64,000 bases of DNA, from NCBI RefSeq assembly GCF_000143415.4, contig NW_003314355.1, forward strand, positions 205,410 through 269,409, in the 5' to 3' direction. How positions within the stretch are numbered: the first letter of the stretch is position 1; each line of letters opens with the position of its first letter. Positions 49,255 through 59,157 of this stretch are shown piece by piece. Both the position numbers and the translations under genes were made by a program. The DNA is from Selaginella moellendorffii. Taxonomy: Eukaryota > Plantae > Lycopodiophyta. The notes beneath the pieces are model-generated. The model did no database searches, was not told the DNA's origin, and saw only the letters and a program-made list of their open reading frames with translations.

Positions 49255-50272
49255 CCGAGTTCGAGTTCGAGTCTGAGAGGGTGAAAGCCCAAAGCGTTCG
49301 TCTCCCAGACCCTGGGGGGTTTGGTGAGCTCCAAAAGTATAGTAGGGGGAGGACTGCAGTGGAGCCAGTTTGGCCTGGAAAGGCCAGTTTGGCCCAGGAA
49401 GGCTGGACCCAGTGTTGGGTGATGAGCTGCCCACTGGGAAGTCCAAGACTAGAGTGAACACAGACCGACAAGCGGGGTAGCTTGGTGAAGTGTTCAAGAG
49501 CCGGCTCTAGTTCCCCCGGGAGATCGACTGGCCGATGCTCCCAGTCCAAGTGTGGGTGGCACTACCTACTTGGATACCTGGTGTGGCTCAACGGAACCCG
49601 CTCTAAGCCCATGGCTAGAGCACCCAAGGGCAGAAGGCGAGGAGAGTACCCAGGTGGCTCGCGTAAGGCCACGGTGTTCTGAAATGTTGTCCCAAAGGCC
49701 CAGACTGTGGAAAGGAAGAGGAGCAGTCCTCTGGGGTAGTGACCAAGGACACAGTCGTGTGGTGAGGAAGTCCCAGAGGACCGTGGGACTTAGTGGTCGG
49801 GCCTGTGGGTCTCGATCCAGTGGCAGTGTTGGCAAACACGGCCAGGGGCAGAAAGGGACTTAGTGGGGACTGACAGAGGGATATTGGGGAAGGCTATTCC
49901 CCTTGTCGGTGGGCATCCTAAGGATGCTAAGGAGTGGATCTGAGATGACCACTCACGGATGGTTTGCCTAGTCTTGGGGAGCCAAGACGGTGATGCAAGT
50001 GGTATTGGACTACCAGTGTGGCAAAGGTGATTGGGCATGGCCTTAGCGTAACGGGCTGCTATGTCAGTGGTACCTTCGAGTGTCGGTCATGGGATCGGAC
50101 ACGTGGAGCACTTGGACCAAGTGCAAATGTTGAGTGGCATGGATGCCATTCTCGGGGCTAGCAAGTCCCAAGTCCTGGATTGGACTTATGGAGGTTGTGA
50201 ATGAGACTCCTCCAAGTGGTCAGAGGTGTGGTTAAGTGACTAAAGTAGAATGGAAAATTTAGTCACTTACAG

Positions 50273-52522
50273 ATGAGTACGGCAGGAGGAAGAGCCAGAG
50301 GTGTGCAGCTGCCGGAGGTATTGGATCCAGAAGAGGCGCTGACAGGAGAAGCTCCGGTAGTCAATGTGGAGAACAAAGGAAAAGAGGACTCGAGCGAGGA
50401 AGAGGGAGCACCCCTCACGAGAGCTCCTAGAAGAAACACCACCAACGAGTCACCGGGGACGGGGGAGGAAAATACACTGGGAAGGACGGAAAAAGAAGCC
50501 AGCGGGAAGGAAGCAGGGGTAGGGTCCCCGTCCGGGATCAAGCGAAGGGTCAAGACGTGCTGCCCGCTGGACAAGGGCCCCCCGTGTTTCAAGGCAATCC
50601 GGGAAGCCAATGCGCGTAAAGAGCAAGAAGCCAAACGTCTGGCAGAAGAGGAAGCAAAGCGGATACTGGAAGAAGAAGCTGAAAGGGAAAAGGCTACCAA
50701 AGAAAGGCAGGAACAGGAAGCCCGACAGGAAAGACCGATTGAAATGGAACAAATGGCACGAACATATGAAGAACCGGTCGGACAGGAATTCAATGGCAAA
50801 ATGAGGGATGACAAGGGCAAGGGGAAGTGGGAAGAAGCGAGACAATGGGAAGCATCGTCATCAAGAGGGAACCGGGAAGAGCTCGCGCCAGAAGTGGTGA
50901 TATCCCCAGACGGGAAGCAAGAGCCGGGAACAGGGTACCCGAAAGTACTACCGCAGTACTCGAAAATGTCTGTCTGCCCGGATGCTCCCATAGTCCCGTT
51001 CGGGCCACCACCCATGAAGATCGAGGAGATAATGCCACCAAGGAAGCCCACGAGAATGCCACATGGGCCAGCAAGTGATGTGCTAGAGGTAGACCCGGAA
51101 GAATTCATGGAGGAGTTAAACAAGCTGCAAGCCAGACGAGCGGAAGAAACCGTGCACGTGATAGTGGAGGGAGCAGTCCCGGCAGGTTTTGTAGTGTCAG
51201 ATTGGGTGTGCGCAGCGCTGGCGTACCACGACATGTTGGTCACGGTTTTAGCAGAAGATGTGAAGGACCTGGGGGAAAAGTGCTATAATGTAGTCATCAA
51301 GGATGAGAGAGCTCGGCACAAGCTACTGCGAGTGGATGCGTATGCACAGTTGGACTTTCAGCTCTTCTTCAGAGCATACCACAACAACTTCACGCCCCAG
51401 AAAAAAAGGATGCTACTCCCGCCATCCGTGATCGTGAACTTTGAGCTACAGGGAATGGACGTGGCACTGGCAGAAGACAAGATTCTGGCAGCAATACTGA
51501 GGCAGTTTGCTACGTTCATAAGGATGGAAGGAACGCCAGTGGGAGACAGAGTCACGGTCAAAGTCAGGATTCCGAAAGAAGTACGCATCCCCTTCGAGAT
51601 AGAACTCAAGCCAGGGAAGGGGGAAGTGCCAAGAAGGATTCGAGTTATGCTGCTACCGAACCCGAGCGTGTGCATCATCTGCCGGCGAACAGGACACATT
51701 GGGAAACACTGTTTGGCTGGAGGAGCAAGCATGGGGGGAATGCCGGAAACAGGGGAAGACCGACAAAAAGCAAACAGTGGCTCGGAAGGCAAGAAACGAG
51801 GAGCAAGAGGGGAAAGGGAAACAATAGAGAAAGCAGCCTCCAGTGGAGAAAGCAAGAAGCCTCAAACCAAAGGACAGAAGGAGGAGGGACAAGGGGAGCA
51901 ATCAACAGCAGCCAACCAGGAAAAAGGACAATCGGGGACATCACGAGGAAAAGAATGGAGGCCAACAGGAAGACTTTTTGAAGGACAAGCTGTGGGGGAG
52001 GCAAAGGGACCTGACACAGAAGTAGAGACTGTCCAGGATAAAGGAGAACTACCACCTCAGCAGGCAACACAGAGGGCGTCGGGGCCAGTAGAACAAGAAC
52101 AACAACAATCACGTTCAAGATCAGGAAGAACGGAAGACTTTGCAAGAGGAAACTGCCCGCCAGGGTTCACCCCACCGAGAAGAGCAGTATGTGAAATAGA
52201 GCTCTATGTCAGTGGAATGAACCCTCCCAAGCTCCTGGGGGAATGGATCGACAACAGAGTTGGATACGCCCCGCCGGCAATTTTGATCTCGGCCGGACAA
52301 GACATAGGCCGGACCCTGGAGGACATTCTGGCCTACAACTTCAACTGGAACCTGCAGAGGTTTTCGATTCGAGAAGACAATTGCGTGGAGCAAGCACCGA
52401 ACTTGTTCAGGTTCCGAGGAACGGCGAGAATCCCGTTTGCATGGCCACTCCGACCAATGGGCCCATACCATTGGGTGGAGAGACAGCGTCTTGGCAGCAC
52501 CCGAGGATTCAGAAATGGTTAA
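50273..52522 (+). CDS. LINE ORF1 (coiled-coil region, CCHC zinc knuckle), 3' part
   Basis: 749-aa open frame with CIICRRTGHIGKHC; overlaps the ORF2 ATG by 8 nt. Confidence 0.85.
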   Translation: MSTAGGRARGVQLPEVLDPEEALTGEAPVVNVENKGKEDSSEEEGAPLTRAPRRNTTNESPGTGEENTLGRTEKEASGKEAGVGSPSGIKRRVKTCCPLDKGPPCFKAIREANARKEQEAKRLAEEEAKRILEEEAEREKATKERQEQEARQERPIEMEQMARTYEEPVGQEFNGKMRDDKGKGKWEEARQWEASSSRGNREELAPEVVISPDGKQEPGTGYPKVLPQYSKMSVCPDAPIVPFGPPPMKIEEIMPPRKPTRMPHGPASDVLEVDPEEFMEELNKLQARRAEETVHVIVEGAVPAGFVVSDWVCAALAYHDMLVTVLAEDVKDLGEKCYNVVIKDERARHKLLRVDAYAQLDFQLFFRAYHNNFTPQKKRMLLPPSVIVNFELQGMDVALAEDKILAAILRQFATFIRMEGTPVGDRVTVKVRIPKEVRIPFEIELKPGKGEVPRRIRVMLLPNPSVCIICRRTGHIGKHCLAGGASMGGMPETGEDRQKANSGSEGKKRGARGERETIEKAASSGESKKPQTKGQKEEGQGEQSTAANQEKGQSGTSRGKEWRPTGRLFEGQAVGEAKGPDTEVETVQDKGELPPQQATQRASGPVEQEQQQSRSRSGRTEDFARGNCPPGFTPPRRAVCEIELYVSGMNPPKLLGEWIDNRVGYAPPAILISAGQDIGRTLEDILAYNFNWNLQRFSIREDNCVEQAPNLFRFRGTARIPFAWPLRPMGPYHWVERQRLGSTRGFRNG

Positions 52523-55500
52523 CGTCAACATGAGAACATGGAACGTGGGAGGCCTGAAGAAGGAGAGATCAGCGCTGAATAACAAAAAGACGAAGTTTAG
52601 ACAGTACCTTAGACAAATAGAAGGTGTGACTCAATGTTTTGATTTCCTGTGTGTGCAAGAGCATAGGCTCTCAAGTATGGACCTGGTTTATAAGTTTACG
52701 AAAGGGAAATATTTCTGGAATCCGGCAGTATCATGTAGTGGAGGCACATTAATAGTGGTAAAAGGCCAGTGGGAATCCCTGGTCGAAGAACATGCAATAC
52801 TGGTACCGGGTAGAGCACAGTGCGTCCAGTTTAAGATAGGAGATATGCTAGTGGGCCTCCTGAATGTGTACGCACCGGCAGGAAGCTCATCTGAAAGAGC
52901 AGATTTCTGGAATGAACTGGTACACCGAATACCAGCACAACCCTCAACATGGATGGTCATGGGAGATTTCAACTTTGTGGAAGAAGTGCTAGTCAAAGAC
53001 GGGGGAGAAATGAGAGATAAAAGGACAAGCAGGGAAAGAGCAATGTGGGCACAACTAGTGCTAGCGCTGGGGCTAGAGGATACGTACAACATCCCAGGTT
53101 TTGTACAACACCAACCAAGGTTCACGTGGCAAGAGCACCAGCAACAGGGAATTCAACGAAGACTGGACCGTTTTTATGTATCATCCGAACTGTGTCGGAA
53201 TAGTGGCAAATTAGACATAGCAACGGGATACAGAGACTTCTCGGATCATAACTCGGTGTCATTGATGCTCCCCATCCTAAAGAGGTGGGGAAAAAAGAGG
53301 CCCGCTCCGGTATCTCGGAAAAACTTTGAGGACGGAAAGTTGAATGACTATATAAAAGAAAAATGGAACCAGCAAGAAGAAGGAGACCTGCACAAGTTCA
53401 CAATCAAGATAGCCAATGAAATCCGGAACAAGAGAAGAAAAGTTTTCAAAAAAGTGCAAGCAATAAGAAGGAATATTGAAGCTATTAAGAGATTGATCAG
53501 GTTGGACCCGCTGGATGCGTCACTGAGAACCCAGCTCGCAAGAACCAAAGCCCAGCTTTTCACCCTGGAAGCGGAAAAAATGGAGGCGTTTATAAGGTCG
53601 GGGCACCTCAAATGGCATAACAGTGAAAATGCTCTAAACAAAGAGTTTTATAAGTCCATAAAAGCAAGAGTTACGTCCCCGCCAATGTTCGGGCTCAAGG
53701 ATGACCAAGGCATGATGCACACGAGCCTACAGGAGATGCACAGGATGGCTGAGACATACTACCAAGAACTGTTTAGAGCAGAACCGTGGACAGAAGAAAG
53801 GAAGATGGCCATGGAGGAAGTTCTTCAGTCGGTGCCACAGAAGGTAGATGAATCCGGAGCACGGGCCCTGTGCAAAAACTTCACACTGGAAGAGCTAGAG
53901 GATGCAGTTAGAGACTTGAATGACGACAAGATGCCCGGAGAAGATGGGATGCCGCCAGCATACTATAAAGCAAATTGGGAATGGTTGGGGCCAGTAGTGT
54001 TGGACACATGGAAAGAGGTGATGAGAACGGGACAATGGCCCTCAGGAGCCATAGATGGAATAATTGCGCTCATCCCCAAAAAAGGGGGGGATGCATCACT
54101 AATCAAGAACTGGAGACCAATATCGATGCTAAATACACTATACAAGATAGTAGCCAAGGCGTTAGCCAAGAGGTTACGACCGTTATTGCCAGAGACGATA
54201 CACGACACCCAGAATGGATTTGTGGAAGGAAGACAACTAGTGGACAACATCCTGACAGTGCTGCTCACACAAGAACAAGTCAAGGACCAAGGATTAGAGA
54301 TGGCAATAATACTTCTGGATTACGAGAAGGCATATGACAGAGTAGACTGGGAGTTTCTGCAAGCGACGATGAGGAAGATCGGCATTCCAGAAAAGTTTAT
54401 AGGATGGTCGGCCACCTTATACCAAGGCGCATCAAGCAAGGTCACAATAAATGGGACAGTGGGGAACACGATCAAGCTGCAACGGTCAGTAAGACAAGGG
54501 TGTCCACTAGCCCCGTTTCTATTCCTATTCATAGCCAATGCTTTAGCACACTATTTGGCAAGGGCGGATGGGCCGGAAGGGCTGGTACTGCCCGGGTGCA
54601 GAGACTCATTGCAAGACCTGGCAAGGACAGCAGAAAGGCATTTGAAATCCAGTGCCTTCGCAGATGACACAGGAATCATCACGTCAGGTTCCCCGGAGAA
54701 CATGAGCAAGGTCAAGAAGGATTTGGACTTCTTCAACCTGGCAGCTGGCTCAAGAATAAACTGGGGAAAATCGGTAGGAATATGGCTACCAAGCTCTGAC
54801 CCGCCAAACTGGGGGAGTGAGTGGGAGTTTAAGTGGCTGAAACAAGGAGAAACAACAAGGTACTTGGGGTTCCAGATAGGCCGGGCATACGACCCCCTCC
54901 CGCAGAATCAAAAAGCGGTCGAAAAGCTCAGAGATCAACTGAAATTTTGGGCGTCACGAAAGCTGTCCTTCTCGGCAAGATGTGTAGTGGCGAATAATAT
55001 AGTGCTAGGGGCAATCTGGTTTCTGGCGGCATCATGGAACTTGGATAAGAAAATGTTAAGAGAAATGAACAAGCTCATCAGGACATATGTATGGAAGGGA
55101 CAGGCAACAGTATCACGAGGAGGGGCAAAGGTTGGATGGAGCTCGGTTACAAGAGCAAAACAGGAGGGGGGGATAAACATAATAGATATAGAGGAACAAT
55201 GCAAGGCACTGCTATTCAAGATCTTTCACCGAATGAACATGCCCGGAAACCAACCATGGAAACTCCTACTACGCCACCAACTGCTCAAAGTCATACCAGA
55301 CAGACTAGAACACACGAGGCAAAACTGGGAAAAAGATGAAAGGTGGCTGTTCACGGAAGGCACGCTGAAAATGCCAAGACCAAATACTTTCTCTGGGAAA
55401 CTATTCAGATTGTGGAAAGAATTCAAGAGCAAGATGGAAAAAAGAAAACCAACAAACACCTACGAGCTGGACCGACAACCAATATTTCTAAATAAGCTAT

Positions 55501-56936
55501 TTCAATATAAGGGGAAATGTTTGGGAGAAACAGAGGACAGAGGAATAGACAAAGTATGCCGGGACCTCCACAGTGCTGGGATGAGAACATTCGTAGAAGC
55601 TGACTCGATGATAAAAGTGGGGGACACAGAAATGAACAGAGATAGACTAAAGGCTTTCTACGGGCTGGAAATCTCAGCACACCGGCTGAAAAAGTTTGAA
55701 ACAGCCTTGGAAGATGCGCAAGGGAACTGCAAACAGAGCATTAGGGAAGCCAGAGAAACGACACCAGCATGGTGGATAACTGAGGGAAAAGTGGTATATA
55801 CGGCAACTAAAGACCAGGCGAAATGTTTTGTCTTCGAGGTCGGGGTGGCTGGTAGACTGTTACCATACAAGGTGCCCAAGGAGAGCTCACGACCGGACAT
55901 GACAAGAGCAGAGCCAATACGAGTCATACGGATAGACAAGAAAACAGCATCAATAGACCCGATGGTAACAGAGGGCCAGGAAGCTAGGATGTACTGGTTC
56001 AGGCAACAAAAATTAAGCGAGCTGGCATGGGATCTGGTGGAATGGAATTGGCGGGGAAGGCAAAAGGAAGAATTTTTTGCCTACGAAACAAGATTGGGGA
56101 GAAGGCTCATTCGGCCGCGCAGTGACTCACTACTGGTATCAAGGATGAAACGAGCCAACATACAGGACAAGATACAACAGGCGATATTGAAAGAATTATG
56201 GAAAGGACAGTGGGCAGCAAAAACAAGATACTTCATGTGGTTGACAATGCAAGACCGGCTGCCATCAAAGTGGAACATACACCTCTCGGACCAAGCTTGT
56301 GACAAATGTGGAGCGAGGGAGACACAAAGGCACATACTATGGGAATGCAAAAGCGCACAGGACGTGTGGAGAAGCACGTGCTGGATGCTGCAACAGCACT
56401 CCCAAAGACAAGTGTGCCTCACATATGAAGCGGCAGTGTGGGGCGAAGCTGCCGCAGGAATGCGAAATGGAACAGACTCTTGGAAATGGGCAGCAATAGA
56501 AGAAGGGGCACCGAGGTTTGATCAGCTCAACACAACTCGAACAGACACAGAAGGAATCCCAACAAAGATAATGGACCTATTGAGAGGAATTACAATGTGG
56601 GAAGTATGGAAAGCCCGGTGCAACAGGATCTTTAACGATAGGGAAGAAGGACCGAGGGTGGTAGTGGCACGGGTGTGGTCTAGAATGATAACTGCAGCAG
56701 CATCCCGGGTCCTACAACTGGAAAAGAGAGGAGGAAGAAATGGTCCAAAAAAAGCAAAAAAAGAAGCGCAGATCTGGCATTTTTTGTGGAAGCAAGGGGA
56801 GGCAGGTACTCGGGAATGGATGTGGACACCGCCGGATGAATGGTTCCAGGTGACGCATCTAGGAAGACCTTCGGGCGCCAGTTCACGAGCAACCCCCCTT
56901 TCCGTTGGTACTTCCATTGTAGGCTCCTCTAGATAA
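52515..56936 (+). CDS. LINE ORF2, intact (APE endonuclease, RT, C-terminal zinc finger), 1,473 aa
   Basis: Same motifs as copy 1, no stops; ATG at 52515 (MVNVNMRTWNVGG). Confidence 0.95.
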   Translation: MVNVNMRTWNVGGLKKERSALNNKKTKFRQYLRQIEGVTQCFDFLCVQEHRLSSMDLVYKFTKGKYFWNPAVSCSGGTLIVVKGQWESLVEEHAILVPGRAQCVQFKIGDMLVGLLNVYAPAGSSSERADFWNELVHRIPAQPSTWMVMGDFNFVEEVLVKDGGEMRDKRTSRERAMWAQLVLALGLEDTYNIPGFVQHQPRFTWQEHQQQGIQRRLDRFYVSSELCRNSGKLDIATGYRDFSDHNSVSLMLPILKRWGKKRPAPVSRKNFEDGKLNDYIKEKWNQQEEGDLHKFTIKIANEIRNKRRKVFKKVQAIRRNIEAIKRLIRLDPLDASLRTQLARTKAQLFTLEAEKMEAFIRSGHLKWHNSENALNKEFYKSIKARVTSPPMFGLKDDQGMMHTSLQEMHRMAETYYQELFRAEPWTEERKMAMEEVLQSVPQKVDESGARALCKNFTLEELEDAVRDLNDDKMPGEDGMPPAYYKANWEWLGPVVLDTWKEVMRTGQWPSGAIDGIIALIPKKGGDASLIKNWRPISMLNTLYKIVAKALAKRLRPLLPETIHDTQNGFVEGRQLVDNILTVLLTQEQVKDQGLEMAIILLDYEKAYDRVDWEFLQATMRKIGIPEKFIGWSATLYQGASSKVTINGTVGNTIKLQRSVRQGCPLAPFLFLFIANALAHYLARADGPEGLVLPGCRDSLQDLARTAERHLKSSAFADDTGIITSGSPENMSKVKKDLDFFNLAAGSRINWGKSVGIWLPSSDPPNWGSEWEFKWLKQGETTRYLGFQIGRAYDPLPQNQKAVEKLRDQLKFWASRKLSFSARCVVANNIVLGAIWFLAASWNLDKKMLREMNKLIRTYVWKGQATVSRGGAKVGWSSVTRAKQEGGINIIDIEEQCKALLFKIFHRMNMPGNQPWKLLLRHQLLKVIPDRLEHTRQNWEKDERWLFTEGTLKMPRPNTFSGKLFRLWKEFKSKMEKRKPTNTYELDRQPIFLNKLFQYKGKCLGETEDRGIDKVCRDLHSAGMRTFVEADSMIKVGDTEMNRDRLKAFYGLEISAHRLKKFETALEDAQGNCKQSIREARETTPAWWITEGKVVYTATKDQAKCFVFEVGVAGRLLPYKVPKESSRPDMTRAEPIRVIRIDKKTASIDPMVTEGQEARMYWFRQQKLSELAWDLVEWNWRGRQKEEFFAYETRLGRRLIRPRSDSLLVSRMKRANIQDKIQQAILKELWKGQWAAKTRYFMWLTMQDRLPSKWNIHLSDQACDKCGARETQRHILWECKSAQDVWRSTCWMLQQHSQRQVCLTYEAAVWGEAAAGMRNGTDSWKWAAIEEGAPRFDQLNTTRTDTEGIPTKIMDLLRGITMWEVWKARCNRIFNDREEGPRVVVARVWSRMITAAASRVLQLEKRGGRNGPKKAKKEAQIWHFLWKQGEAGTREWMWTPPDEWFQVTHLGRPSGASSRATPLSVGTSIVGSSR

Positions 56937-57017
56937 AGGCTCTTTGCTGGTTTTGTGCCCAACGAAACCACGCCCAGTCTTTTTGGTTTTTTACTGGAAA
57001 ATAAAAGGCCCCGTTTA

Positions 57018-57773
<756 letters not shown>

Positions 57774-58185
57774 ATATATATGATATATGTGAGGGCCAAG
57801 TGTACGGCTACGATGCCGTATACTAATATTAGCGTAGTGGGATTTTGGTAGCCGTCGGATTGGTTTCAATCCGAACCACTTGCTCCTGTATATAAGCTAG
57901 GGTTTTTGGGCTAATTGATATGCACATTTCTGTATTCCCTTTCCATATTCCATGCACTCACATTGGTGGAGGTGAGGGGCACCTTTGATTGTTGCTTGGA
58001 TTTGGGATTTCGGTTTAGATCTAGCTTTTGCATTGTCTAGATCTAGCTTTTTCCATTTCCTTTCTTTTGTTCTTTCCTTTCAGGATTTTGGTTTAGATCT
58101 AGCTTTTTGCATTGTCTAGATCTACCATTTCTTTCCAGCTTTTTGTCATTTCTCTTCTTTTGCTCTTTCTTTTTCATTCATCTTC

Positions 58186-59118
58186 ATGGCCGATCCGCAA
58201 TCTCCTCCTTTGACTCTATAGCAGCAGTTGGTTCAATTGTTTGATGCTATGCGCTTGCAATTGAACAACCAAACTCAGTTGATGGCGGCGTTCACGGCAC
58301 ATGGTACAACTCCTCCTGCTCTTGGTGCCAATCCTCGCGTTCGGCCGGAGTTCTTTCGTGGGAGTCCTGGGGATGATGTGTACCATTGGTTCGATCACTT
58401 CACGGTGATTGCCACATATCATTCTTGGGATGATGCTCGACGTTTGCGTGAGTTCCCCACATGTCTCCAAGGGATGGCATTGCAGTGGTACAATGGATTG
58501 AGCGCAGCCACTCGTGGCGATTGGAGTGTTCTTCCGGACGTCTTCAAACGCGCCTTCGGACACGCCGATGATTGTGATGATGCCTTCCAACAATTGCATC
58601 GTCTTTGCCAAGGGCCATCTGAGTCGGTGATGCAATTTGGCATTCGTTTCCGAAGTCTTTTGCTTCGTGCGGAGCCAAATATGTCGGAGCGGATCAAGCT
58701 AGGAATGTTGTGGCCAGCACTTCGTCAAGATCTTGTCGGACTTGTGCATGCACTTGCTCCTGCCACTCTTGATGATGCTCTTCGCTTGGCACAACGTTAT
58801 GAGACGTCGCCTCTTCCACTTCTTGCTACACGTCCTTCAGTCCCACTTCCTATGAGTGATGGTCCTGTTCCCATGGAAGTTGATGCTGCTGCTACTCGAG
58901 TCCAAGGACAAGGGCGAGGACGTGGTCGTGGCCGTGATGTTCGTTGCTGGGCGTGTGATGAAGTTGGTCATACTTATCGGCGTTGTCGACGCTTTCCGGA
59001 TTGGCGACCTCCATTTCCTGGCTGGAGACCTTGGCGTCAGCAACATCCCGTTGGTGTTGCTGCGGTGGAAGGTTTGGATACCGAGGTGCATTCGGGAAAC
59101 GAGGTGTCGCGCGAGTAA
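58186..59118 (+). pseudogene. gag with a premature TAG at 58219-58221
   Basis: Capsid-like QGPSESV, PVPMEVD, CWACDEVGHTYRRC. Confidence 0.85.
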
Positions 59119-59157
59119 TGGAGGGACCTTGCGCGAATAAATCAGTGACCCTTCCAT
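59094..59157 (+). promoter_or_regulatory. -1 ribosomal frameshift signal: G GGA AAC plus H-type pseudoknot
   Basis: Slippery heptamer in gag frame, 6-nt spacer; stem 1 59107-59115/59128-59136; stem 2 59118-59125/59150-59157. Confidence 0.8.

Larger units (their letters stand above)
35111..50271 (+). mobile_element. LTR-A element: LTR 35111-44545 (interrupted), partial internal region 44562-47954, LTR 47955-50271
   Basis: TG...CA termini, TSD GATGA, PPT at 47941-47954; PBS region missing. Confidence 0.92.
33317..57017 (+). mobile_element. Apparently full-length LINE copy 2 (33317-35110 + 50277-57017, ~8.5 kb), split by a 15-kb LTR-A composite
   Basis: Flanked by the 16-bp direct repeat ACAAAGTCGGACTAGA (33301-33316, 57018-57033). 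The interrupting insertion has TSD GATGA (35106-35110, 50272-50276); removing it fuses ...RTTARM to STAGGR... in frame. Confidence 0.9.

Noticed and set aside
50273-50287. Similarity of ATGAGTACGGCAGG to antisense rDNA ATGAGTACAGCCGG (~57615)
   Set aside because: Short and imperfect, and the position is internal to the reconstructed ORF1, not an element end.
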